54,547 nucleotides of DNA from positions 1 to 54,547 of the forward strand of contig JBMNUR010000002.1 in assembly GCA_050946395.1 (NCBI GenBank), in the 5' to 3' direction. Source of the DNA: Peptococcales bacterium (lineage in GTDB: Bacteria > Bacillota > Peptococcia > Peptococcales > BICA1-8). The notes beneath the pieces were generated by a model. That model worked only from the letters and a program-made list of their open reading frames with translations, searched no databases and was not told where the DNA came from. Position 1 is the first letter of the stretch. Every line of letters begins with the position of its first letter. Of this stretch, positions 38,059 to 47,049 are shown in pieces. A program made the position numbers and the translations under genes.

Positions 38059-38357
38059 AATAATTATTTGTTACACATGTAAAATCAAGAGACAGCGGAC
38101 CAGTCAGCTAAAGCTTACATAGCAAGCTAGTTTCCTATGTCTAGGGACGTAGCAGCCGTTATCTCCCATTCGTTGGGGATATTCCTCTGCTTGAAATGAA
38201 ATCAAAATGGGAGTCTTACGGTCGGTAGTCATCGGATAAAAATAGTATCCTGTTATTCTTAGTATTAGCAAAGAATGTGTAGGGATAAACATTGTGCCTA
38301 CTCTAGAGGGACAGGATCGTCCGCCTCTATATAGTGATAACACAATGAAATCTTAAT
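38059..38357 (-). other. about 300-nt ORF-free block inside the fab operon; candidate structured RNA or degenerate repeat element
   Basis: No SD-led ORF. Stems CUCCCAUU/AAUGGGAG (38212-38205/38170-38163), AUUCUU/AAGAAU, GGAUA/UAUCC and GUAGG/CCUAC. Shares words with 20915-20926, 20221-20240 and 22914-22936. Confidence 0.4.
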
Positions 38358-39302
38358 CTAGAGTAATTCTAAATCCTTGACCAATTTTTTAATAATATCA
38401 CCTGCAGGTAATATCTCTTTAATTTTTTCAATGTATTCCCCACAAAAAATCAAACCATGGTCTAAGTTGCCTCGTTGAGCATTGATCAAGGCATCCATAA
38501 TGCAAAAATTTTGTTTACAATTTTTTAAGCAAGCCTGGCAATTTTCCGGACTGAGGTCATATTCCGAGTTTATTTTTTCACTAAACACATTACTAATAGC
38601 TCGGCCCGGTAGCCCAACAGGGCTATCAATTAAAACTATGTCCTCTTTTTTTGCTTTTACATATATTTCTTTAAGATTTAAGGCGGCATTAGACTCTATG
38701 CTAGCAGCAAATCTAGTTCCCATTTGTACCCCATCAGCACCTAAGTCAAAAGCTTCTTTCATGTCATGGGCATCAACTATTCCTCCAGCTGCAATTACAG
38801 GAATAGAGATTGCCTGTTTAACTTGGGGAACAATTTCCCGCATTGATTGAGAAGTACCCAAATGGCCTCCCGCTTCTTTACCTTCTACAACAACAGCCGA
38901 AGCTCCCAACCCTTCCGATAACTTGGCCAATTTTACTGTGGAAACTATAGGAACCAGGGGTGTCTTGGCTTCTTTGCACCATTTAAAAATATCCCGGGAA
39001 AAGCCTGCACCCTGAATAATAAGATCAACACCTTCCTCTAAAGCAGCATTGACTAGCTGAGCAAATTGGGAAACAGCAAACATAATATTAATACCTATTA
39101 TTCCTCGAGAATTCTCTCGAGCCCAGCGTATTTCCCTTTTTACTTCATCTATAGTCATTCCGCTAATGGCAATTATCCCTATCCCCCCGGCATTGGCCAC
39201 TGCCGCGGCCAAAGGAGCAGTAGAAATTCTTACAGCCATGCCACCTTGAATTATAGGATATTTGGGTGTTAAGTCACCTATTTGTAATACCGGTAGTTTC
39301 AA
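38358..39302 (-). CDS. FabK-like FMN oxidoreductase (nitronate monooxygenase family) with Cys-rich C-terminal segment
   Basis: KYPIIQGGMA...IAAGGI..GADGVQMGTRF, then CQACLKNCKQNFC. TTG 39302 lies 8 nt after GGAGG. The longer track ORF would run through the acpP terminator. Confidence 0.75.
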   Translation of the reverse strand: MKLPVLQIGDLTPKYPIIQGGMAVRISTAPLAAAVANAGGIGIIAISGMTIDEVKREIRWARENSRGIIGINIMFAVSQFAQLVNAALEEGVDLIIQGAGFSRDIFKWCKEAKTPLVPIVSTVKLAKLSEGLGASAVVVEGKEAGGHLGTSQSMREIVPQVKQAISIPVIAAGGIVDAHDMKEAFDLGADGVQMGTRFAASIESNAALNLKEIYVKAKKEDIVLIDSPVGLPGRAISNVFSEKINSEYDLSPENCQACLKNCKQNFCIMDALINAQRGNLDHGLIFCGEYIEKIKEILPAGDIIKKLVKDLELL

Positions 39303-39326
39303 AAGAAGCGCCTCCAATATATCTAT

Positions 39327-39362
39327 TTGAGAAAAGTCCCGCAAAGAAGAGAACGGGACTTT
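39327..39362 (-). terminator. intra-operon terminator/attenuator after acpP
   Basis: AAGUCCCG-loop-CGGGACUU followed by UUCUC. Confidence 0.65.
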
Positions 39363-39372
39363 TTACCTTGGC

Positions 39373-39603
39373 TTATTGTACTTTTGCTTTGATATATTCT
39401 ACAGCTGCTCCAATGCTTCTAATTTTTTCAGCATCCTCATCGGGAATTTCTATATCAAATTCCTCTTCCAAGGCCATTACCAGTTCTACAACATCTAAGG
39501 AGTCAGCATTTAAATCTTCAAAGCTAGTTTCTAAAGTAACCTCATCAGCGTCGACACCTAATTGGTCCACAACGATAGATTTTATCTTTGCAAAAATATC
39601 CAC
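39373..39603 (-). CDS. acpP: acyl carrier protein
   Basis: [19 protein letters not shown] (phosphopantetheine Ser). GTG 39603 lies 8 nt after AAGGAGG. Confidence 0.95.
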   Translation of the reverse strand: MDIFAKIKSIVVDQLGVDADEVTLETSFEDLNADSLDVVELVMALEEEFDIEIPDEDAEKIRSIGAAVEYIKAKVQ

Positions 39604-39642
39604 ACTCTTCACCTCCTTCCACAAATCCTATCTATTATAATC

Positions 39643-40386
39643 TTACATTACCATGCCACCGTCAACACAAATTATTTGCCCGGTAATATAATCCCCTTGG
39701 GTCGAAGCAAGAAAACTTACTACCCCAGCTACATCCTCCGGTTTACCAAGTCTTTTTAAAGGAATACGTGCTAAAATTTCCTCTTTAATTCCCTCAGATA
39801 ATTTATCTGTCATATCTGTAGAAATAAAACCCGGAGCAACTCCATTTACCTGTATTCCCCGCGAGGCTAGTTCCTGAGCCATAGACTTTGTAAAGCCTAT
39901 TACTCCAGACTTTGCTGCTGCATAATTACATTGTCCTACATTGCCTGTTAAGCCTACAACTGAACTAATGTTAATAATTTTACCTTTTCTCTGCTTCATC
40001 ATACCCCGGATAACTGCTTTAGTGCAGTTGAAAACACCTTTTAAGTTGGTTTCTAATACATGATCCCAATCTTCTTCCTTCATTCTCATTAATAAATTAT
40101 CCCTGGTAATACCCGCATTGTTAACTAGAATACTAATTTGACCAAGCTCTTTTTCCACTAGTTCAATCATTTCTGCTACTTTTTCACTAGAAGCTACATT
40201 GGCTTGAACTGCTAACGCCTCGCCACCCAAAGCCTTAATAGCCTCGACTACTTCCTGGGCTTTACTTGCATTACCCATATAATTAACAGCAACCTTAGCC
40301 CCTTTTTGGGCTAATTCTAAGGCAATTGCTTTCCCAATACCCCGGGAAGCCCCTGTAACTAAAGCAACTTCTCCATGCAAATCCAT
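39643..40386 (-). CDS. fabG: 3-oxoacyl-ACP reductase
   Basis: VTGASRGIG and YAAAK (SDR family). ATG 40386 gives [12 protein letters not shown]. The alternative start is 40398. Confidence 0.9.
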   Translation of the reverse strand: MDLHGEVALVTGASRGIGKAIALELAQKGAKVAVNYMGNASKAQEVVEAIKALGGEALAVQANVASSEKVAEMIELVEKELGQISILVNNAGITRDNLLMRMKEEDWDHVLETNLKGVFNCTKAVIRGMMKQRKGKIINISSVVGLTGNVGQCNYAAAKSGVIGFTKSMAQELASRGIQVNGVAPGFISTDMTDKLSEGIKEEILARIPLKRLGKPEDVAGVVSFLASTQGDYITGQIICVDGGMVM

Positions 40387-40422
40387 ATTACCGATCATTC
40401 CCTTCGTATTAACTCAAGGCTA

Positions 40423-40446
40423 AATCTCAATCTTAATCTTAACCTT
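40423..40446. repeat. (AATCTY)x3-4 hexamer array
   Basis: AATCTC AATCTT AATCTT AACCTT, between the fabD stop and the fabG start. Confidence 0.8.
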
Positions 40447-41383
40447 AGTTAATATTTAATCCTGCTAAGGTTTTTTCTAATGAAGTGGTATCTTCAATAT
40501 TAAAGATTTCTACACTAGGATCAATTTTTTTAATCAGTCCCCCTAATACTTTACCGGCACCTATTTCCAAAAACGTAGTAACCCCTTGTTCAATCACTTT
40601 TCTGATAGACTGTTCCCATTTTACTGAGCCGCTAACCTGTTCTATTAAACCTTTTCGAATTTTATCTTTATCAGTAACAATTTCTGAAGAAATGTTGGCA
40701 ACTAAAGGTGTTTCCGGATCCTTGATACTAATTGCTTCCAAGATGGAACTAAGCCTTTGACTTGCCGGTTGTAATAAAGAGGAATGAAAGGGTCCGCTAA
40801 CAGGTAAAGGAATTGCCCTTTTTGCCCCAAATTCCTTGGCTAAAGAAACAGCCTTATCTACAGCAGAGGTTTGACCGGCAATTACTATTTGACCCGGACA
40901 GTTAAAATTCGCCGGCTCAACAACCCCTACATCACTAGACATTTGACACAGTTGCTCCACTTTTTCCATGTTTAAACCCAAAATAGCTGCCATAGTCCCT
41001 TCTCCAGGAGGTACAGCTTCCTGCATTAATTTTCCTCTTTGTTCAACTAACCAAACAGCATCAGAAAATTCCAATGCCCCCGCAGCTACTAATGCCGAAT
41101 ATTCACCCAAACTGTGTCCTAAAACATAATCCGGTTTAATACCTTTATCTTTAATAAGTGATAGACATGCAATACTGGTAGTTAATAGGGCAGGTTGAGT
41201 ATGTACGGTTAATTTTAATTTTTCTTCCGGACCATAAAAACATAAATCCGATAAATTATACCCAAGCCTCTTATTAGCTTCTAAAAAAACAGCCTGGGCC
41301 TCGGGGTAATTTTCAAATACATCCTTACCCATACCTACATATTGAGCACCTTGGCCTGGAAAAACAAAGGCGAATTTAGTCAT
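40445..41383 (-). CDS. fabD: malonyl CoA-ACP transacylase
   Basis: FPGQGAQ and GHSLGEYSAL motifs. Confidence 0.95.
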   Translation of the reverse strand: MTKFAFVFPGQGAQYVGMGKDVFENYPEAQAVFLEANKRLGYNLSDLCFYGPEEKLKLTVHTQPALLTTSIACLSLIKDKGIKPDYVLGHSLGEYSALVAAGALEFSDAVWLVEQRGKLMQEAVPPGEGTMAAILGLNMEKVEQLCQMSSDVGVVEPANFNCPGQIVIAGQTSAVDKAVSLAKEFGAKRAIPLPVSGPFHSSLLQPASQRLSSILEAISIKDPETPLVANISSEIVTDKDKIRKGLIEQVSGSVKWEQSIRKVIEQGVTTFLEIGAGKVLGGLIKKIDPSVEIFNIEDTTSLEKTLAGLNIN

Positions 41384-42333
41384 GCCAAGCCTCCCCCGGA
41401 AAATTTTTGTAATGTTAATAAAGTATTGTGCCCTTCAGCAACTATCTCCTCGATAATGTCCCGGGCCGGTTGTATTTTGGAAACCATTGCCGCCACTTGA
41501 CCGGCCATTACTGAACCCATAGCAACATCACCATCAACTGCCGCAGCCCTAAGTCGACCTGCACCAAGTTTTTCAAATTCTTCGGCATCAGCATTTTCAT
41601 TTACTAATTCTTGAAATGCTCTTGTTAGTTTGTTTTTTAGTACACGAACTTGGTGACTTGAGTAACCCGTTAACACAGTATCACGGTCTTTAGCATTAAT
41701 AATTGCTTCTTTATAATTAGCATGTACAGTACATTCCTCAGCACAGACAAATCTTGTTCCCATTTGTACTCCCACTGCGCCCAAACTTAAAGCCGCCACT
41801 AAACCTCGACCATCAAAAATCCCCCCGGCAGCAATAATAGGTAAATCTACTGCATCAACTATTTGAGGTACCAAAGCCATTGTAGTTAATTCACCAACAT
41901 GTCCACCACATTCCATACCTTCAGCGATTAAACCATCGACACCGGTTCGAGCTAATCTTTTAGCCAGAGCAACTGAGGAAACAACTGGAAACACCTTGAT
42001 ACCTACTTCTTTTAATTTAGGAATATGCTTGCCTGGATTACCTGCACCTGTAGTAATTACAGCAACTTCTTCTTCAATAACAACATTTATTACATCTTCG
42101 ACAAAAGGTGACATGTAATAAACATTTACACCAAATGGTTTATTGGTTAATGTTCTCGCTTTTTTAATTTGTTCGCGGACAACCTCAGGTGGAGCACTAC
42201 CTCCCCCTATAATGCCTAAGCCTCCTGCCTCCGAAACGGCAGCGGCTAATTCAGCTGTGGCTATCCAGGCCATACCACCTTGAATAATAGGATGTTTTAT
42301 TCCCAATATGTTACATAAGTTTGTTGTAAGCAA
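41380..42333 (-). CDS. fabK: enoyl-ACP reductase FabK (FMN-dependent)
   Basis: KHPIIQGGMAWI...AAGGI.DGRG..GAVGVQMGTRF. Position between fabH and fabD as in clostridial and streptococcal clusters. TTG 42333 lies 8 nt after AGGAGG. Confidence 0.85.
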   Translation of the reverse strand: MLTTNLCNILGIKHPIIQGGMAWIATAELAAAVSEAGGLGIIGGGSAPPEVVREQIKKARTLTNKPFGVNVYYMSPFVEDVINVVIEEEVAVITTGAGNPGKHIPKLKEVGIKVFPVVSSVALAKRLARTGVDGLIAEGMECGGHVGELTTMALVPQIVDAVDLPIIAAGGIFDGRGLVAALSLGAVGVQMGTRFVCAEECTVHANYKEAIINAKDRDTVLTGYSSHQVRVLKNKLTRAFQELVNENADAEEFEKLGAGRLRAAAVDGDVAMGSVMAGQVAAMVSKIQPARDIIEEIVAEGHNTLLTLQKFSGGGLA

Positions 42334-42344
42334 ATTAATACCTC

Positions 42345-43343
42345 CTAATAACTCCAGCGTAAAACACAAGCACCCCAAGTTAATCCGGCTCCAAAACCTA
42401 CTAATACTACTAGATCACCTTTTTTTATTTTTTTATTTCTAACGGCTTCATCTAGAGCTACAGGTATGGATGCCCCTGACATGTTGCCGTATTTATCTAG
42501 ATTAATATATACCTTATCGGTTGGTAACTGTAGACGTTTTACAGCTGCATCCACAATTCTAATATTAGCTTGATGGGGTATTAAATAATCAACACTTTCT
42601 TTACCCAAACCTGCTTTACCCAGAGCTTTTAGGGAAGCCTCTCCCATGATTCTTACTGCAAATTTAAAAACATCTTGACCATGCATTACCATATAATGTT
42701 TTCCTAATTCAACAGATTCTAAGCTTGCCGGACAGCGAGATCCTCCTGCCTCCTGGTAAAGCAGATTAAATCCGGACCCATCAGAGCCGAGGTCAAAAGA
42801 TAAAAATCCACTACCAGCTTCTACTGGCCCCAAAACAGCAGCCCCAGCCCCATCACCAAAAAGAATTAAGGTGTTGCGATCCGCGGGATTAAGAACGCGG
42901 CTTAAGGTTTCCGCACCTACTACTAAAACATATTTGTACATGCCAGTTGCTATAAATTGACTAGCAACCGATAATCCATAGATAAAGCCGGTGCAAGCTG
43001 CACTTAAGTCAAAAGCACCCGCATTTTTAGCACCTAACTTTTCCTGAACCAGACAAGCTGTGGCTGGAAAAATCATATCAGGCGTAATAGTTGCCACAAT
43101 GATCAAGTCAATATCTTCCGGTGTAATTCCGGCACTTTCAATAGCTTTTTGGGCAGCTAACACACTCATATCCGATGTTGCGATATGACTTTCTGCTTTC
43201 CGACGCTCACTAATACCGGTACGCGTTACAATCCATTCGTCATCAGTATCAACTATTTTTTCCAAGTCTTTATTAGTAACTACCTGTTCAGGGACATAAG
43301 AACCAGTTCCTATAATCCCCACAGGTATTAAATTATTGTTCAT
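42345..43343 (-). CDS. fabH: 3-oxoacyl-ACP synthase III
   Basis: DLSAACTGF (Cys), HQAN and GNMSGASIP motifs. Confidence 0.95.
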   Translation of the reverse strand: MNNNLIPVGIIGTGSYVPEQVVTNKDLEKIVDTDDEWIVTRTGISERRKAESHIATSDMSVLAAQKAIESAGITPEDIDLIIVATITPDMIFPATACLVQEKLGAKNAGAFDLSAACTGFIYGLSVASQFIATGMYKYVLVVGAETLSRVLNPADRNTLILFGDGAGAAVLGPVEAGSGFLSFDLGSDGSGFNLLYQEAGGSRCPASLESVELGKHYMVMHGQDVFKFAVRIMGEASLKALGKAGLGKESVDYLIPHQANIRIVDAAVKRLQLPTDKVYINLDKYGNMSGASIPVALDEAVRNKKIKKGDLVVLVGFGAGLTWGACVLRWSY

Positions 43344-44346
43344 CCTTAACCTCTCCCACTTCCATATTTAACCTTAGGTTTTCTATAAAACCTTGGGAGT
43401 AACTTTCATAGGCTACTTTGATCGCATTATGAATAGCTTTGGCTTTAGAACTTCCATGACAGATAACACTAATACCATCAATTCCTAGTAAAGGAGCTCC
43501 CCCGTACTCGGAATAATCCATACGTTTTTTTAATCCTTGCAAAGCAGGTAACATTAAGGCCCCGCCCATTTTACTTATTACGCCTTTATTAATTTCATCC
43601 TTTAATAATTGACTAAAGGTACTAGCCATGCCTTCGATTAATTTTAAGACAACATTACCTACAAATCCATCACAAACCATGACATCAACTGTACCCCTAG
43701 GTATATCCCTACCTTCAATATTTCCCACAAAATTGATATTTTCTAAGTTGGCTAGTTCTTCATATGTTTTAATTACTAATTCATTGCCTTTAGTTTTTTC
43801 ATTCCCTATATTAACTAAGGCAACTTTCGGGTTTTCTATACCTAATACCTTTTCTGCATATATGCTGCCCATTTTTGCAAATTGTAATAAGTTCTGCACT
43901 TTGCAGTCGGCATTAGCCCCGGCATCTAAAAGAAGTTTTCCTCCGCCTAGGGTAGGCAAAACCGTTCCAATTGCCGGGCGGTCAACCCCCTTAATTCGAC
44001 CTAGACCAAACAAAGCAGCTACCATCTGAGCACCTGTACTGCCGGCCGATACTACCGCATGAGCCTCTTTGTTTTTTACCAGTCTGGTTGCAACAGTTAT
44101 TGATGCATCTTTTTTTCGTCGGTAAGCAGTTCCTGGATGGTCTTCCATAGTTATTACTTCTCCAGCATGAATAATTTCTATTTTTTCATGTTTGTGGGAA
44201 AGGTGGTCATTTATCTGTTTTTCGTCACCTACTAAATAAACTTTTTCCAGTTGTGGATATAAATTAATCGCCTCTAAGGCCCCTTTAATTATTTCCTGGG
44301 GTGCATAGTCACCACCCATAGCATCTAGTGCAACCTTCACCTTCAC
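43333..44346 (-). CDS. plsX: phosphate acyltransferase PlsX
   Basis: VALDAMGGD N-terminus, 337 aa. Confidence 0.95.
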   Translation of the reverse strand: MKVKVALDAMGGDYAPQEIIKGALEAINLYPQLEKVYLVGDEKQINDHLSHKHEKIEIIHAGEVITMEDHPGTAYRRKKDASITVATRLVKNKEAHAVVSAGSTGAQMVAALFGLGRIKGVDRPAIGTVLPTLGGGKLLLDAGANADCKVQNLLQFAKMGSIYAEKVLGIENPKVALVNIGNEKTKGNELVIKTYEELANLENINFVGNIEGRDIPRGTVDVMVCDGFVGNVVLKLIEGMASTFSQLLKDEINKGVISKMGGALMLPALQGLKKRMDYSEYGGAPLLGIDGISVICHGSSKAKAIHNAIKVAYESYSQGFIENLRLNMEVGEVKDEQ

Positions 44347-44351
44347 TCCTC

Positions 44352-44906
44352 CTAACGCGAAACAACAATAAATTTACCCACAAATACTTCCTCAGCACCT
44401 ACTTTAGACACAACTTTTACCAAATGCTTATTAGAACGCTGTCGGGCAAGAACTGCAGTAGCAACTAGTTTTTCTTTTAAATATACAGGCCTCCGATATC
44501 TAATTCTAGCACTTCCCGTTAAAACAATCTCGGCATCAATTAAGGCCACTGCCAGCATATTAGCCTGAGAGAAAATATGATGTCCCCGGCAAACATGACT
44601 TTTATCTGCAACCATTTCCGGAGTAACCTCTAATACTGAAGTCGCCTTGACACCTAATTCCAATTCGATTAATTCACCTATAATCTCAGTATCTGTTACC
44701 GATTTAACTTTGGAATAATTGGTCTCTGCTACCCTTTTCATCCGTTCCCTTACTTCTGGAATCCCCAATTCTAAACGGTCTAAGCGGATAGTTTGAATAC
44801 TACATCCAAATTCTTGGGCTAAATCTTCATCAGTAGCAAAAGGGTTTTCGTTTAAAAAAACTTGTAGTTCTTCTTGCCTTTTAGGTTTTGGCAAACGGGC
44901 TTTCAT
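44352..44906 (-). CDS. fapR: fatty acid/phospholipid synthesis regulator FapR
   Basis: N-terminal HTH (IQTIRLDRLELGI) plus a hotdog C-terminal domain, upstream of plsX. Confidence 0.9.
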   Translation of the reverse strand: MKARLPKPKRQEELQVFLNENPFATDEDLAQEFGCSIQTIRLDRLELGIPEVRERMKRVAETNYSKVKSVTDTEIIGELIELELGVKATSVLEVTPEMVADKSHVCRGHHIFSQANMLAVALIDAEIVLTGSARIRYRRPVYLKEKLVATAVLARQRSNKHLVKVVSKVGAEEVFVGKFIVVSR

Positions 44907-44922
44907 TATGTATCACCATTCC

Positions 44923-44956
44923 TAGTACAAGGTATTAGCACCTGGTATCAATACCA
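44923..44956 (-). promoter_or_regulatory. two candidate FapR operators just downstream of the fapR -10
   Basis: CTAGTACAAGGTATTAG (44923-44939) is an imperfect 17-bp inverted repeat of the TTAGTAC..GTACTAA type. GGTATCAATACC (44945-44956) is a palindrome. Confidence 0.5.
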
Positions 44957-44957
44957 A

Positions 44958-44986
44958 GTATAATATATTCAGGAAGATATTGCAAT
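44958..44986 (-). promoter_or_regulatory. sigma-A promoter of fapR-plsX-fab operon
   Basis: Minus-sense TTGCAA-17 nt-TATACT. Confidence 0.6.
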
Positions 44987-45021
44987 AAAAAAAAAGAGCA
45001 AGCATTTATTTGCTTGCTCTT
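44987..45021 (-). terminator. rho-independent terminator after rpmF
   Basis: AGAGCAAGCA-loop-UGCUUGCUCU followed by U9. Confidence 0.85.
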
Positions 45022-45033
45022 TAGGTACAAATT

Positions 45034-45222
45034 TTATTCAGCAGCTGCTTTTTTTATGACTTCACGATTTTTGTAATATCCGCATGACGGACAAACCCTA
45101 TGGGGTAATTTTGGTTCATGACATTGCGGACATTCCATTCTATTGGGAGAATCTAGCTTTGCCCAAATTGACCTTCTTTGTCTCGTCCTGGATTTTGATT
45201 TTTTGTTCTGTTGAACTCCCAT
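45034..45222 (-). CDS. rpmF: 50S ribosomal protein L32 (zinc-ribbon form)
   Basis: CPQCHEPKLPHRVCPSCGYY. Confidence 0.95.
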   Translation of the reverse strand: MGVQQNKKSKSRTRQRRSIWAKLDSPNRMECPQCHEPKLPHRVCPSCGYYKNREVIKKAAAE

Positions 45223-45224
45223 TA

Positions 45225-45758
45225 CTACACCTCCTCGGCACCTTTAAGTTTCGCTAAAATTGCTAAACGCGGGTCAATTTCCTCAGTAATACAATTACAA
45301 CTTTTTATATTAAGATTTTGACCACATTTTATACAAAGGCCTTGACAATCATCATTACATAAAATCTTATAAGGTAAGGCCATTATAATAGTTTCCCGAA
45401 CTAAATCAGTTAAGTCAAATAAATCATTGGTAAAAACTAAATATTTTTCTTCTATTTCATCCTGGGAAATGTCACCTAAATGCCGTAAATCTGTAGAGTA
45501 AACAAGCTTTTCATCAATGACAGCATCAATCCCAGCCTTAGTAGGTGTCAAACAACGATGACAGTTAGACTCCACTTCTGTATTAACATTACCTTTTAAC
45601 TCTAAAATTTGTCCATTATTACTTACTGTCAAAGAAACACTGACAGGTTTAATAATGTTTAACTCCTCGGTAAGAGGAAGGTTTGGCGTGGAAAGTTCGA
45701 AACTAGCTGTTGTGCCAATAGAGTTACGGACTTTTAATAAATTAATACTTAAAGACAT
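45225..45758 (-). CDS. yceD: YceD/DUF177 family protein
   Basis: 177 aa with CxxC...CxxC motifs, directly upstream of rpmF. Confidence 0.85.
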   Translation of the reverse strand: MSLSINLLKVRNSIGTTASFELSTPNLPLTEELNIIKPVSVSLTVSNNGQILELKGNVNTEVESNCHRCLTPTKAGIDAVIDEKLVYSTDLRHLGDISQDEIEEKYLVFTNDLFDLTDLVRETIIMALPYKILCNDDCQGLCIKCGQNLNIKSCNCITEEIDPRLAILAKLKGAEEV

Positions 45759-45805
45759 ATTTATCCACCCTAAACACCTAAATTAACCACCTAGGCGACT
45801 TTTTC

Positions 45806-45834
45806 ATTATATATTTCTATAGTTGTATTGTCAA
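45806..45834 (-). promoter_or_regulatory. consensus sigma-A promoter of yceD-rpmF
   Basis: Minus-sense TTGACA-17 nt-TATAAT; both hexamers are perfect. Confidence 0.75.
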
Positions 45835-45861
45835 GAAGTTCACCATGGCGAAATTATTTAA

Positions 45862-46851
45862 CTAGCACTGTAGTACTGTCATAGCAACAGTATTAACTAT
45901 ATCATCAATACTACAACCACGAGATAAATCATTAACAGGCTTATTCATTCCTTGTAAAACAGGTCCTACTGCTTCTGCGTTGGCTAAGCGTTGTACTAAT
46001 TTGTAACCGATATTACCCGCTTGCAGATCTGGAAAAACTAAAACATTGACTTTCCCAGCTACTTCACTACCAGGGGCTTTAGAGCTACCAACCTTTGGTA
46101 CAAGAGCTGCGTCAGCCTGCAATTCACCATCAACTGCTAAATCGGGATATTTTTCTTTGGCAATTTGAGTAGCTTGAACAACTTTGTCCACAAGTTCATG
46201 TTTAGCACTACCTTTAGTAGAAAAAGAAAGCATACCAACTTTGGGCTCAATACCCGCTAAAGCATTGGCAGTTTTAGCCGACAAATAAGCAATTTCAGCT
46301 AATTGTTCTGCAGTTGGGTTAGGATTAACTGCACAATCGGCGAATACCATCAGCCCATTTGTACCATAATCACTATTGGGTACAATCATAATAAAGGCTC
46401 CTGACACTGATGAAATACCCTTTTCCGTCTTAATAATTTGTAAGGCAGGTCTTAAAACATCACCTGTTGTATTTTGGGCACCAGCTACCATCCCGTCAGC
46501 ATCACCTTTATTAACCATAAGAGCTCCAAAGTATAGAGGATTTCTGGCAAGTTTTTTTGCTTCGTCTTCACTTAAGCCTTTATGTTTTCTAAGTTCATAT
46601 AAATCTCGGGCGTATTCCTCATATTTTTCCGATTCTTCAGGGTTTATAATAGTGATACCTGATAAATCAGTGTTAGTTTTGCCAGCTACAGCCTGGACCT
46701 GATTTTTTTCACCTAATAGAACAATTTTGGCTATTTTTTCCTTAGTAATAATTGCTGCTGCTTGAACAGTTCTCTCTTCTGTTCCCTCAGGCAAAATAAT
46801 AGTAGTGTTTTTTTGACTGGCTTTGTCTTTCATGTTTTGAATTAAATTCAT
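45862..46851 (-). CDS. pta: phosphate acetyltransferase (short form)
   Basis: TIILPEGTEERT...GMVAGA..TTGDVLRPALQIIKT. ATG 46851 lies 7 nt after AAAGGAGGAG. Confidence 0.85.
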   Translation of the reverse strand: MNLIQNMKDKASQKNTTIILPEGTEERTVQAAAIITKEKIAKIVLLGEKNQVQAVAGKTNTDLSGITIINPEESEKYEEYARDLYELRKHKGLSEDEAKKLARNPLYFGALMVNKGDADGMVAGAQNTTGDVLRPALQIIKTEKGISSVSGAFIMIVPNSDYGTNGLMVFADCAVNPNPTAEQLAEIAYLSAKTANALAGIEPKVGMLSFSTKGSAKHELVDKVVQATQIAKEKYPDLAVDGELQADAALVPKVGSSKAPGSEVAGKVNVLVFPDLQAGNIGYKLVQRLANAEAVGPVLQGMNKPVNDLSRGCSIDDIVNTVAMTVLQC

Positions 46852-46926
46852 AAAAAGACTCCTCCTTTTTGGTATAATTACAATAACTTTAACTAATTCA
46901 GCATAAATCAATTAAATCCTGCAAAT

Positions 46927-46997
46927 TAGTTGCTAGTAAATTAGTTGCCGGTGGCTAGTAAAACCATGAGATTATTTAAATCTAGCAACTAACAACT
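46927..46997. repeat. TAGTTGC-variant period-7 array with inverted partner
   Basis: TAGTTGC TAGTAAAT TAGTTGC CGGTGGC TAGTAAA (46927-46962). GCAACTAA at 46985-46992 is the reverse complement of TTAGTTGC. Confidence 0.65.
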
Positions 46998-47049
46998 ATT
47001 ATATATTTTTTGTCTAAAAAAAATCCTTATGTATGCTGGAGGAAAATAA

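Noticed and set aside
38104-38343. 79-aa minus-strand ORF inside the fabK-like/fabF spacer
   Set aside because: GTG start without an SD. Cys/Arg/Tyr/Pro-rich, low-plausibility composition. It spans repeat-family words. I treat the region as non-coding, although only conservation analysis can exclude a peptide.
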